Positions 11,703 to 23,393 of a stretch of DNA of 64,000 nt are shown in pieces (the first letter of the stretch is position 1; each line of letters starts with the position of its first letter). A model generated the notes under the pieces. That model was not told where the DNA came from. It did no database searches and saw only the letters and a program-made list of their open reading frames with translations. The position numbers and the translations under genes were made by a program. The DNA is from Laetmonice hystrix (lineage: Eukaryota), in assembly GCA_965235115.1 (NCBI GenBank), contig OZ249451.1, forward strand, positions 10,044,001 through 10,108,000, read 5' to 3'.

Positions 11703-13622
11703 TTCTCTCTTTTCCTTTCGGTGTCATATAAAACACGATATTATATTTTTTATGGGGCCTGTTATCCATGTACACAATTTTAGAATAATTTCACGTCCCA
11801 TTTAATACTTCCAAAGCAATGTTATGCCTTTAATAGCGTGGAGTAGCCCAGGCCTATATAAAACTTGCCATATTCGAATAATCTTCTACGTGTTAGCCGT
11901 GTCATCATCCTCCCATGGTTGACGGTTTTGAAGGAGCGGGGAGCCACTTTGACTATAGTTTACTTTTTAAAGCTTTTTAGCGTCAGTGAGGGCTTGAAGC
12001 TGGTAATTAGGCGTAGTTTGTCTTTCTGTGGAATGAAACAAACGTCCTCGTTTGTCAAATCGTGGTTTGCTTTACGCCCCGGCCCTCCGCCTAGACGACG
12101 TAATTATTCTGTTATGGTCTCTAAATGGCCTTGAGCCTCGCTTTGGTGTAGACGCCACACAGCCGTAATGGCAATGAGTTGGTTGATTGGCCGGTGGAAA
12201 ACTAGTAATTAACAAAGTACACGTAGAGGTGAGGATTCCCAGGAGAGGGTGGGAATGGTAGAAACGGGGCCCGCCATGAGGGTGGGGGTGGGGGGTGAAT
12301 TAGTGCCTGATGAGACAGGCAATCTCTGTGTGGGTGGTATTTATGATTGCCTAGTTTCTATACCATATGTACTATATACATACTGTACCATATGGGTGTA
12401 GCCAGCTTTTTCCAAGGGGGAGGGGTCGACCTGGATGCAAAACATCATTTTGAAGTGCTAAGCGCCCCATTCCGCGACTTGAGGCCGGCTTAATAGGCCT
12501 ACATGTAAAACCCCGAGACAACTATAGAGTCTACTCACAGGCTTGAACTCCTTGCTTAAGAGCAGATTAAACAGTTGGTTGGACGTGGTTAATATAGGCC
12601 TACACCGTAGGACGGTCTCAATTCTGGGTAGATCTATAGGCCTAGTAGGCCTATGCAGCATGGGCTATAGAAATCTTCCGTCCAGGTCTAGTGAGGTCAT
12701 GCGGACTATTGTGGGAAGTGTCTGACCCACCTAATAATTCGCTTCACGAATTTTGGAATCTGGTCTGGGAATGACGTAGTTAATGACGTAGTTAAGTTAA
12801 TGACGTAGAAAACATTATGCCAGGATACGATGGCTTGAAGCATCCTCGTCCAGAAAGAGAGCTCGGTATACGCCGACATCATGCATTATTCCATATTTTT
12901 CTCTGTCAGTTTTCCACCAGACAAGCCTCCATCCTTATGAATCATTGTTAGCAGCGTTCAATTCTGATATTCATGAATATATTACAGCACTTAATGAACC
13001 ATTGGCGTACATATATTTCCACATCCAGATACATTTGCTTCCCCAATTATTGCCTGGTCGCTGAGTTGAAAGTCTGCTTGATTGAATTACATAATATGAT
13101 TTAGTATTCTGTAGATAGGGAAACAGATTCATTTTTCTGTCAAATATTACGGCTGAATTAACAAAATCGATCGTGGGGGGACTAATCTGTGGCAGGCCAG
13201 ACAAAAGAGAAGTGTTTCTGGAGTGAAAAAATCAGGGTCATTATGACAGGACTGGTCCACTTTAATGCTGTGAGCTTAAGAGCTGAATAATCCGTGAACT
13301 GATTATTCACTATCTGCAATTTGAAACTCTGAGTTGTATTGCGAATCGCAGACAAGTCATCAGTTTTTTCTTTTCTTTACTTTTTCTTTATTTGTTTAGT
13401 GTTTCAGTGAAGTGATAAGAATGATGATAAGTGATAATTAATGTTATTATCCCATGTGATTTCTTTCCAGATAATTTGCATATCTCCAAACGTATTTCCT
13501 CATAATTCTTAACAAAGTCATGTCAAAATAGATGAGGAGTTGACAGGTTTAATATTCATAAACACTAGGTCCAGCTATGACTGCAAGAAGAAACTTTTGG
13601 GATTAGGCCTAACTGTCACATG

Positions 13623-13885
13623 CAAAGGCGGATCCAGAGGGGGGCACAGAGGGCACTTCCCCCCCTTTAGCTTCACTAATTATAGGCCTACACGGCTATA
13701 GCCTACTCATTTTTAATTAATTTAACACTGGCGGTGTGTCTCAGGGAAACCCCGAGCTAATATGTAGGCATATACCTCTAAAACTCTTTTTCAAGAGCAT
13801 GAGCTTTAATTAGTAATGCAAACAATCATAATTGCTTTTCTGTGCCCCCCCCCCCCCCCTTAGTGAAATCCTGGATCCGCCAGTG
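13623..13885. mobile_element. MITE, CA..GGCGGATCCAG TIR family (263 bp)
   Basis: caaaggcggatccag ... ctggatccgccagtg; G-rich left and C-rich right subterminal tracts; acatg directly repeated on both flanks (13618-22, 13886-90). Confidence 0.8.
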
Positions 13886-14647
13886 ACATGTGGCTCCTTC
13901 CACCCGTAGACTAAAGGGCCCAGTCCTTCAAAAATTCTCAACTTAAGTAAAAGGCTTCTGATTAGGTGACCTAAAGAGACCAACTAATAAGAAGCTGGCC
14001 GAGATCACCGTCAACTGACAGCTATAGGCTCTAGGTTAGTCGTGTGTCTGTCATTGATCTAGAACCTAGGGCACCTTTCTAATTCTACTGAAAACCGGTA
14101 GAAGTTTAATGTTAGTGAGATGAAAATTGTATTCTCGATGCGAACGGGCGACTTGTTTCAGAAACGATTAGCGAGCTTCACAGCTGTCTGTACAATACAC
14201 TGATTCGCCCTGCAACCAGCCTTTAGTGAGACGGGCACCTGGTGGCCAAAACGTGAACTATAAACTTCAGCACTGCCATCTGGTGTACAACACATGTAAC
14301 TGCCCTGATTGTGACACACCGAGTTGCACCGCGCGCATTGGCCCAACCACGTGTGTGCTTCGTCTCTCGGCCCAAGCACGTGTGCTCGTTCGCTGAAAGC
14401 GAGAATCATGCTTCAAAAGGTTAGGCTACAGGTGAGGAAAGAGTTGAAACCAGGTAGGCCTTGGCCTGATTAATGTAACCCTAAAACAGAGAACGTTCAC
14501 GGTGGCGGCGCCCAATCCGACTGTTATTAGCCTATAATTAGCCTGCAGGTAAATTTAATGTTAGCCTAGGCCTCGTGTCTGTCAACGGCTCGTCCGAAGT
14601 CGGAGCAAAGAGTGTAGGATCATCCTACACGCTTCGGTCGGAGGTCT

Positions 14648-14871
14648 CACTGGCGGATCCTGGGGGGGGGGGGGGGGGGGGGTTAGGGGGTTTAACCCCC
14701 CCCCCTCCCGTCAGAGCCACCACTTATAGGCCTAAGGCTAAGCGCCTACTGGACCTCACCCGTTAGGGCTCCCTCGCTTCGCGAGCTCGGCACTGTTCGC
14801 TTCGCGAGCTCGGCACTGTTGAGTCTCTGTAAACCCCTTCCCCCTTGAAAAAAATCCTAGATTCGCGCCTG
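14648..14871. mobile_element. MITE, CA..GGCGGATCC TIR family (224 bp)
   Basis: cactggcggatcctggggg ... aaatcctagattcgcgcctg; poly-G then poly-C; internal tandem duplication of tcgcttcgcgagctcggcactgt. Confidence 0.7.
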
Positions 14872-15441
14872 GGTAGACCTATCTGTAAGCCTACAGCTAA
14901 CTAAGCCCCAAAGGTTCTGCCCTACAACTAGAGTAGGCCTCAGTCCAGGTCCCTATAAGTAGGCCTACTAGGCCTACTACTGCTAGTAGGTAGATCTATA
15001 CTGTGTCTATACTAGGCTCGTACGAAGAACTTTTCGGCTAGCGTGGGGGTTCCGGTCTTATCTCCGAAAATGCGGACCTTGTCCGCCGAGTAGAAGTCAC
15101 CAAACAAAAAAAGGCCCTTTTAAAGGGGAGAAGGCGTGGTTTTGAGGGGTTTTTTTTACTGGAAAGCTTCCTTAAAAAGGTTTCGATTTACGTGCCTACA
15201 GTAGCCTGACTAGGTAGGCCTACTTAGCTAAGCTCCTATCATCTAGTTAAGTAGTTCCTGCTGAACCAATAAAATCAACTTTTAGAGAGAAAAACCAGAT
15301 TGTTGGATCCTGACTTTTTTCCTTTCATTTTTTAATCAAGAAAAGAGGCGAAATGGCATAGACCTAGGCCTATACTTCTAACCCCATTAGATTAGTTTCT
15401 TCAAGTTTGCATAATGTTGTGTTGAGGTACATGTATATTAA

Positions 15442-15961
15442 AGGGGCATATTATGAGGAAACGTTAAAAATCGGTATTTCATAGAACTTTTGCTGTTTTC
15501 ATAAAGAGATCCTTCATTAAAATTGCTTAGTAAACAAAGACAGACTTTCATTTTGCGTGAGAAATCGAAGTTTATTAAGCTCCCTTGCCCGCTTCCCTGC
15601 CGATTTCGTAAAATATTTTTGGGTGGCATTCTGATGCCGGGCGATCGAGTGCCACTGCTGAATTGTTTACAACTAAGCAAAGCACGTGACTAAGCACATG
15701 CAGAGAGTGCACACACAGGATGTGACACAGTATGCAATTACACGGGTTAATGGGGGGTTGTCCGCCAAATTATGGCGGGAGATGTGCTATCGGGAGAAAT
15801 CTATAGGTTTGGTCGTATAGAACCTACTTGTGCTGCATACACAGCGAAAACACGTCGGAGGACAAAATGCTGTGGTAGGATTATTTACTTGGATCCCTAG
15901 TACACGGTCATGTTGGATAATTGCCGGAAATCCTCAAAAACGTGTTTCATAGCATGCCCCT
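15442..15961. mobile_element. Kolobok-type non-autonomous DNA transposon (520 bp)
   Basis: TTAA at 15438-41 and 15962-65; TIRs aggggcatattatga / tcatagcatgcccct (13/15 match). TTAA TSD with 5'-RR termini is the established Kolobok signature. Confidence 0.8.
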
Positions 15962-18166
15962 TTAATACTATAAGCCTACAAACTCTGACATTTTCTCTGG
16001 AGGGCGTTCAAACCATTCATCTGATTCCTAAAGGGGTCCATGACCCCAAACAGGTTAAGAACCCTTGAACTAGTCACACAAGTAGTAGACGTCACCTATA
16101 TGTTACTTAGGCCTACTATATTACACTGTTTGATTTGTGATATGTACTTTATTTATTTGTGAATTGAATTGTTGACCTGTAAGACCTTGCTGTTGAAGTG
16201 ACTTTAAACGAGTGCGCTTTATGGAGTCAGCAGAAAGGTTTATTGGCCAAATTCCTCGAATTGGCCGTAAATACCTTCAGCTGGGGGGGATACACTATAA
16301 GTGGAGGGGTTTTAAGGGTTATTGTTTAACTGCGTTATGTATACTCTACTGACGTGGTGCTGGTCCTGTGCCATTTATTTCTTAAGCCAACAGAGCTTAA
16401 AGGTCCAAAGAAAACAAAAATGAGGCGGAATGGGTAAGGGCCTATTGAAAGTTCCCCTCTCAAAATGTTTCAAAAGAGGCTATACATTCATCCATACGGG
16501 AACCAGGCCTGAGGTCATAGGTCTTAGAAGGTCTTAGAGGTCAGCTTTATAGTCCTTGGTTCTTAGAGGAGCGGCTCAGTGCACAGGACGCCAGTAGCAT
16601 ACATATATATGTAAACATTGCCTGCGGTAAGATAGGTGCCCCGTCGTGTACGGGGAAGTGCTGGGAGAGTTCTAAAGTTACCCCACCCCGCACCCCCACC
16701 CCTCCCAACATACCCTCAGACATAGGCCTACACTGATAGGTCGACATTGTAGTGGCAGTCCGTAGTCCGAGCACTCTACACGCTAACCGCCGAGGTCTGT
16801 ACTACCACAGTCATGATGTGAGCCTGTTCCTAAAGAGAAACCCATCAGCTGACTGCCCACCCGAGTATAGAGGAGAGATAGATCCCGCCAAATGTGATCC
16901 CTCCCCCCGACACTACAGTTGTAGCCGTCTGGGATCGGCTACCACAGACAGATCACAGACAAATTGGACAACGCTGAGGGACGGACTTGTCTGGAGTTAG
17001 ACAATCAATATTAAACCGAGTCTGGATTGGACTCCAGGGCGGAGCCAGGAGGCTGGCGGGAGGAGGAGGATTTTCTTAGCTTCCCCAGTCGATTGTTACC
17101 AGACAAGGGAGCACCAGGCCCCGCAGGATATGGGGTAGGAGAGGGGGTTCGTCAAGCGTGCCACCCCATGAATACAACAAGCCAGCATGGTCGTACAGAT
17201 CTGTAACAACCGTAGTCTAGGAGCACAGGGTTGACACGTGATAGTGGACATTTTCCCACGGTAAATGACAAGGACAGACCGGCAGGGAGCTGACTGATGG
17301 ACGGTGTGGTGACTGGGACAGGAAGGCAGGTGGGCATGGAATACCAATGTTCTTGGATCTACTCCACTTATTTAACAGGCTGCCCACGCTGGAGGTGAGT
17401 GGGACACTCACTTAGTGCATAGAGTTGGGACATACAGAGATCGTGTCTCACAGTAGTTAGAGTGTCCGGAAGGAGGACGCTCAGTTATAGAGTGACCTGC
17501 TCACACTGGAGGTGGATATGACAGGTATGGCTGTGTGAACCGGACTCGATGAACCTCCCAGATACTTGTGATCTCTCCCTAACCCGGTACGCAGCCAGGA
17601 TCAGAGATACAGGTAAATAGAGCGTCTGGTTACCTACGTGAGAAACTACTCGACAGATAACACCTGGAGCAGGTACATCAGACACAGAACACCTGGAGGA
17701 GTTATAAGTGATGTACCAAACCGCCTGGGCAGATTGTCACAGCTGGAAGATCTATGAGTAGTGTTTTAACAACTTGCAAGGAAATGTACGACGCTCCTTA
17801 TCAATTTCTATACTCGAAATGAAGGAAGCCCCGGTGTGGTACTAATGCTAAAATTAGCCTCACTGTGAAAATTCAGAGGAAAACATGTTAAAATGAGGGG
17901 TGAGATTAACACTAATTACCTGCAGGGCGGGGGAGGGGAGACTCCTACCTGCCTTAGTGCAGGCGTACTGTGGCAGGAGTTCTAGGCCCCGGGTAAGCGG
18001 CTTTCCACAGGGGAACGACAAGAGCCACTGACTGGAGGAGTAATTACCGTGTAGCAGCAGCTGTCCTGGGGTTAAGTCGTTCTCACTGGACGAGGTGTAG
18101 GGTGGAGGATTGGACCTGGAGAAGTGGTGCTGTTCCCACTCACATACCGACGTGTTGTGGTGGAGA

Positions 18167-18257
18167 AGTCTGTACGTACTGGAGTTAAGTCAGTCTGTAC
18201 GTACTGGAGTTAAGTCAGCCTGTACGTTAAGTCAGTCTGTACGTACTGGAGTTAAGT
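18167..18257. repeat. 25-bp tandem repeat, 3 full units and 1 short unit
   Basis: agtctgtacgtactggagttaagtc. Confidence 0.85.
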
Positions 18258-18469
18258 ATCAAGTGATGACCATGGAGTATCAAACGTACGGAGGATTGAA
18301 GGCAACGTCCATGACAACCATAAATAGAGGTGAGTTTGGGAGGGGGTGAGAGGAGTTGGGGGTGGTGGAGCGGGGTTGACAGGTGTCCTTGTTGTGTTTG
18401 GGGAACATTTTATTATCCCATCCCCCAAGTGGGGGATGGGATTTTGAAATTGTGTGGTTTCGTCTTCCC

Positions 18470-18512
<43 letters not shown>

Positions 18513-19153
18513 CCTGTTGTAGTTGTAGTAGTAGTAGTAGTTAACAATCGGTCGATTTCTCAGTCGTTTCTTAAGGTATCGTAATGAAACTTGGTGGGAC
18601 TCTTGCTCATGGGCATAGCAACTTATTTTTATATGCATGACGTCATATGACGTACCGTCATAGAGTTATGACGTAATCAAAAGTTGGGGAAAATAGCTTA
18701 TTTCTAGAGTCCCTGGAGGAGCAGAACAAAATTTATTCATATCGGGGACCTTATCACTTAAGTGCCCATAACTCTGTTACTACATTTGACCCCTGACCTT
18801 TAACCTTCTTGAGATGTAAGTCATATGTCAAAAAGTGACAAAATTGTTTCACGCCCCACATTTCTGGTCAAATCGACCCCAAATTGATTTCAGGAAATCT
18901 CCATGGGGACCTTCAATGGGGTCCGTGTGGATAAAGCGCTGTGACCTATTTTAGGGGTACCACGTGGCATTGAAGTTGGGGTCATGGCCATTTTCAGAAA
19001 CAATTGGCTGTAACTTCTAAACGGTGAAAGATGGAGCCTTGGTTACTATTGAACATAAATAGGAAATCATATATGCTCTTTATTATATAATTTTTTTAGG
19101 TCACGTGACTATTTTTAAAAATTAGGGGGGAAAAATAAAAAAAGTGAAAAACA

Positions 19154-19219
19154 TGCCGAGTACCGGGATTGATCTCCGGACCTCTCCGATGCGAGTCGAA
19201 CACTCTTGACCATCGCCAC
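19154..19219 (-). pseudogene. tRNA-like (Ala-CGC-like) Pol III cassette inside the HINE, copy 1
   Basis: Minus strand gtggcgatggtcaagagtgttcgactcgcatcggagaggtccggagatcaatcccggtactcggca followed by tttttcactttttt; A-box-like, CTCGCAT loop-like and B-box-like (GGATCAATCCC) segments. The cloverleaf is imperfect. Confidence 0.5.
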
Positions 19220-20160
19220 TAAATTCTGACATGTGATTACAGGATTGAACTGGTACTGATTACTAAAGGATATTTTGTAATTGCATTCAAATAGACCAAT
19301 CCAAGATTTTTTAATAGATCAACTGTCTGTGACACCAAGATGGCTTCTCTAAAATCAATAGTTTTCATGCTATGGAATCTGAGAAGTGGCTTGGCACGAC
19401 AGTTTCCCAGTGTGCACTGCATCAGGGTTCACAACGTGTTGACAAGTGATGATAACCAGGGGGATGGGATCCCTGTATTGCTTCAGCAATCAGTGTTTCT
19501 AGTTATTATACCTGTTGTAGTTGTAGTAGTAGTAGTAGTAGTAGTAGTTAACAATCGGTCGATTTCTCAGTCGTTTCTTAAGGTATCGTAATGAAACTTG
19601 GTGGGACTCTTGCTCATGGGCATCGCAACTTATTTTTATATGCATGACGTCATATGACGTACCGTCATAGAGTTATGACGTAATCAAAAGTTGGGGAAAA
19701 TAGCTTATTTCTAGAGTCCCTGGAGGAGCAGAACCAAATTTATTCATATCGGGGACCTTATCACTTAAGTGCCCATAACTCTGTTACTACATTTGACCCC
19801 TGACCTTTAACCTCCTTGAGATGTAAGTCATATGTCAAAAAGTGACAAAATTGTTTCACGCCCCACATTTTTGGTCAAATCGACCCCAAATTGATTTCAG
19901 GAAATCTCCATGGGGACCTTCAATGGGGTCCGTGTGGATAAAGCGCTGTGACCTATTTTAGGGGTACCACGTGGCATTGAAGTTGGGGTCATGGCCATTT
20001 TCAGAAACAATTGGCTGTAACTTCTAAACGGTGAAAGATGGAGCCTTGGTTACTATTGGACATAAATAGGAAATCATATATGCTCTATATTATATAATTT
20101 TTTTAGGTCACGTGACTATTTTTAAAAATTAGGGGGGAAAAATAAAAAAAGTGAAAAACA

Positions 20161-20226
20161 TGCCGAGTACCTGGATTGATCCCCGGACCTCTCAGATGCG
20201 AGTCGAACACTCTTGACCATCGCCAC
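20161..20226 (-). pseudogene. tRNA-like cassette inside the HINE, copy 2
   Basis: Same sequence as 19154-19219 with a few substitutions. Confidence 0.5.
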
Positions 20227-20453
20227 GCAATTCTGACATGTGATTACAGGATTGAACTGGTACTGATTACCAAAGGATATTTTGTAATTGCATTCAAATA
20301 GACCAATCCAAGATTTTTTAATAGGTCAACTGTCTGTGACACCAAGATGGCTTCTCTAAAATCAATAGTTTTCATGGTATTGCCCCTATGGGGGTTAGGA
20401 TTAAAAAGTTGACCCAATTGACCCAATTTTAAAAATAAAAAAAGTGAAAAACA

Positions 20454-20519
20454 TGCCGAGTACTGGGATTGATCCCCGGACCTCTCCGATGCGAGTCGAA
20501 CACTCTTGACCATCACCAC
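20454..20519 (-). pseudogene. tRNA-like cassette inside the HINE, copy 3
   Basis: Same sequence, within an internal duplication of the second HINE body. Confidence 0.5.
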
Positions 20520-22165
20520 GCAATTCTGACATGTGATTACAGGATTGAACTGGTACTGATTACTAAAGGATATTTTGTAATTGCATTCAAATAGACCAAA
20601 CCAAGATTTTTTAATAGGTCAACTGTCTGTGACACCAAGATGGCTTCTCTAAAATCAATAGTTTTCATGCTATGGAATCTGAGAAGTGGCTTGGCACGAC
20701 AGTTTCCCAGTGTGCACTGCATCAGGGTTCACAACGTGTTGACAAGTGATGATAACCAGGGGGATGGGATCCCTGTATTGCTTCAGCAATCAGTGTTTCT
20801 AGTTGTAGATAAAACGTGATCACCTGACGGCAGTTTACCATTACGTGGGTGCCACATACACATGTAGTCGTTTGTAACCGGGCTTTGTATTCAGATAAAC
20901 TGGCATCAAGATCCGGAACTGATTCATATTTATGAATACAATGTTTTAGTGTATGTTTTTTGTGGTGGCATTAATTTTGAGAGAGAAAGAGAGAAAAAAA
21001 CATGGATAGGATCTGTAAACATTATTCATTTGGTTGGGGAGGGCTGAATGAATAGTGGCGATATAAAAACACTTTTTAAGACATTCTTTCTCGCCCCTGC
21101 GTTGTGTTGACACATGTTCGTGGCGAGGAACTCAGGGAATGCAACCACAATCTCCTACCGTGGACAGAGCATCGCTATTGTCATGATAAGGACTTGGCAA
21201 GTGTTCAGTTTACTTAGGAGTTATTATTTGTTTCACCTAGCATTATTCACTTACTGAGGTATATAACGGGTAAAGCAGACGCCTTGTGTAGTAGGCGGTC
21301 AATTATATACATGTACAATGTATATATGGAGACTGTCACCTGAGAATCAGCCCCACTGTGCCTACAAAGTATCCGATTACAAAGGTAATATTTGAATGCC
21401 GACCTTGAGCTGAAGGGTAAACGCAGGGAAATCTAAGTTAAAACATTCAGTTTCGTCTCGTACTCTCAACAGGTTTCCATTTTAGTGCCTCGTGTTGCCA
21501 GACATTGTACTCGCTTCCATTTTCGACATGAAAGTGGGTGGGGATAAGAAAAAGTGCTTAGACTTAGAGTGCTCACAGATACCACCCATACGGGTGCAAT
21601 AGGCGCACGGCACGAGCAGTATTATGTGAGGGGTGAAGCTGTGCTTCATGTATGTTGGACCAAGGTATTACCGAGTTAAAAATAACGCTGAAAGATGACT
21701 CCCACTACAGTGCCTCGTCATGAGCCAACATTAGACATTTCACGGAGTCTTACATCATTGAGATAACTCCCCGAAACCTATGGTGTTACGAGCATGTGAC
21801 CTTCGACCTCCTCAATCCAGCTCTCACCATTCCACTGTTTTTTTAAGGAGCGAATTTTTGAGGTTTATACATGTATTATGTTTTTGGTCATATAATTGAG
21901 TAGATGGCGCCAGATGGGGGGGGGGGGGGCTCTTCGGAAGCGCACCACAAGAGGAATGCACTTGGCAGACCCAGTAAAAACCGTGGATTGGCGGAGGATG
22001 TACTGCATTGGTCAAATATTTCCTTTGACTGAGAGAGGAGAAAAGGGTTCTTCCCTAAAAGAGAAAAGACTGGGGAGAAATTACTTCCCTGTACAGGTAC
22101 AGGAGACTGGACTGGGGGGGGGGCATAGTCTTCTAAAGATGACTTTCCACTGAGGACATTTAGCA

Positions 22166-22395
22166 TTCTCTAAAGATGACTGGACTGCGGGGGACAGCCT
22201 TCTCTAAAGATGACTGGACTGCGGGGGACAGCCTTCTCTAAATATGACTGGACTGCAGAAGACAACCTTCTCTAAAGATGACTTGACTGCGGGAGACAGC
22301 CTTCTCTAAAGATGACTGGACTGCAGAATACAACCTTCTCTAAAGATGACTGGACTGCGGGAGACGACTTAGGCTTCTCTAAATGAACTGGACTG
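22166..22395. repeat. 34-bp minisatellite, ~6.5 copies
   Basis: Unit ttctctaaagatgactggactgcgggggacagcc starting at 22166, 22200, 22234, 22268, 22302, 22336. Confidence 0.93.
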
Positions 22396-22915
22396 ACTGA
22401 ACCAGGGGGCTAAACTGAGGGGAATCCCCTCTGCAGGTGACTTCGACGAGAGTTTTCTCCACAGGTGACTGGACGGGAAGGTTGTTGGTGTTGAGTTTTT
22501 CCCCAGGTAATACAGGACTGAGAAGAGCATCATAACGAGAGAGGTAATGTTGTCTACCGTTCAGATGACGGGCGCGCATTTCTTACGTCAAGACAGGTGG
22601 GCCTGTCAAGCATTAGGAATGAGGAACCTGATGGGGCCGTTTTTCCTATTGGCCGTCCGCACGGGTGTGATAGGAGGGCAGGCCGGGCCCCGCTCGCATG
22701 TTCTTTACGGTATCTATATGACACACTCGTCACTTTCTCCAGGCGGGTCCCATCAAAATTCCAGGCAGAGCTGGAAGACGTCCGTCATTAGGAACGAGCA
22801 AGATGCCAGGTAGAATTCTACTGGTTTTACATTAGTGGGATTTCTTGGGCAGGAAAGGCTTCGATAGTCAGGCAGGGTTTCCTATGATCTTGGCGACTCA
22901 ATGGACAAGAGCGGT

Positions 22916-23393
22916 GGAGGGGGATTCCCTGGGTAATGAAGGCTTGACAGGACAGTGAGGGAGTCCCTGGTCTGGGAGGGGTTCCCTGGGCAATGAAGGC
23001 TTGACAGGACAGTGAGGATGTCCCTGGTCTGGGAGGGGTTCCCTGGGTAATGAAGACTTGACAGGACAGTGAGGGAGTCCTTGGTCTGGGAGGGGTTCCC
23101 TGGGCAGTGAAAGCTTGGCAGGACAGTGGGGGTGTCCCTGGTCTGGGAGGGGTTCCCTGGGCAATGAAGGCTTGACAGGACAGTGGGGTGTCCCTGGTCT
23201 GGGAGGGGTTCCCTGGGCAATGAAGGCTTGGCAGGACAGTGGGGGTGCCCCTGGTCTGGGAGGGGTTCCCTGGGCAATGAAGACTTGACAGGACAGTGAG
23301 GATGTCCCTGGTCTGGGAGGGGTTCCCTGGGCAATGAAGGCTTGACAAGACAGTGGGAGTCTTCCTGCATGGACTGGGAGGGGTTCCATGGGT
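22916..23393. repeat. 57-bp minisatellite, ~8 copies
   Basis: Unit ggacagtgagggagtccctggtctgggaggggttccctgggcaatgaaggcttgaca; 19-aa period in the ORF track. Confidence 0.95.

Larger units (their letters stand above)
18410..20804 (+). mobile_element. Non-autonomous Helentron/HINE (DINE-1-like) element with tandemly duplicated body and 3' end
   Basis: 5' stem-loop atcccatccccca-ag-tgggggatgggat (18415-42); (att)n and (gta)n microsatellites; 3' subterminal IR gggggatgggat (19459-70, 20759-70); 3' hairpin attgct-tc-agcaat; terminal CTAG|TT (19499-502, 20799-802); T-rich 5' junction. The ~1-kb body is repeated head-to-tail. Confidence 0.78.

Noticed and set aside
11056-11805. ORFs on both strands (SELCKRGHPN repeats etc.)
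   Set aside because: Unit lengths 39/45 are multiples of 3 and lack stops in several frames; no coding signal.
16750-16840. tRNA/SINE-head-like fragments (also ~31985-32045 and ~58417-58500, minus strand)
   Set aside because: Only one promoter box or one arm recognisable; cannot support a gene call.
17379-17400. 16-nt microexon-like ttaacag|gctgcccacgctggag|gtgagt
   Set aside because: Good splice signals but length is not a multiple of 3 and there is no independent support; cannot be placed in a gene model.
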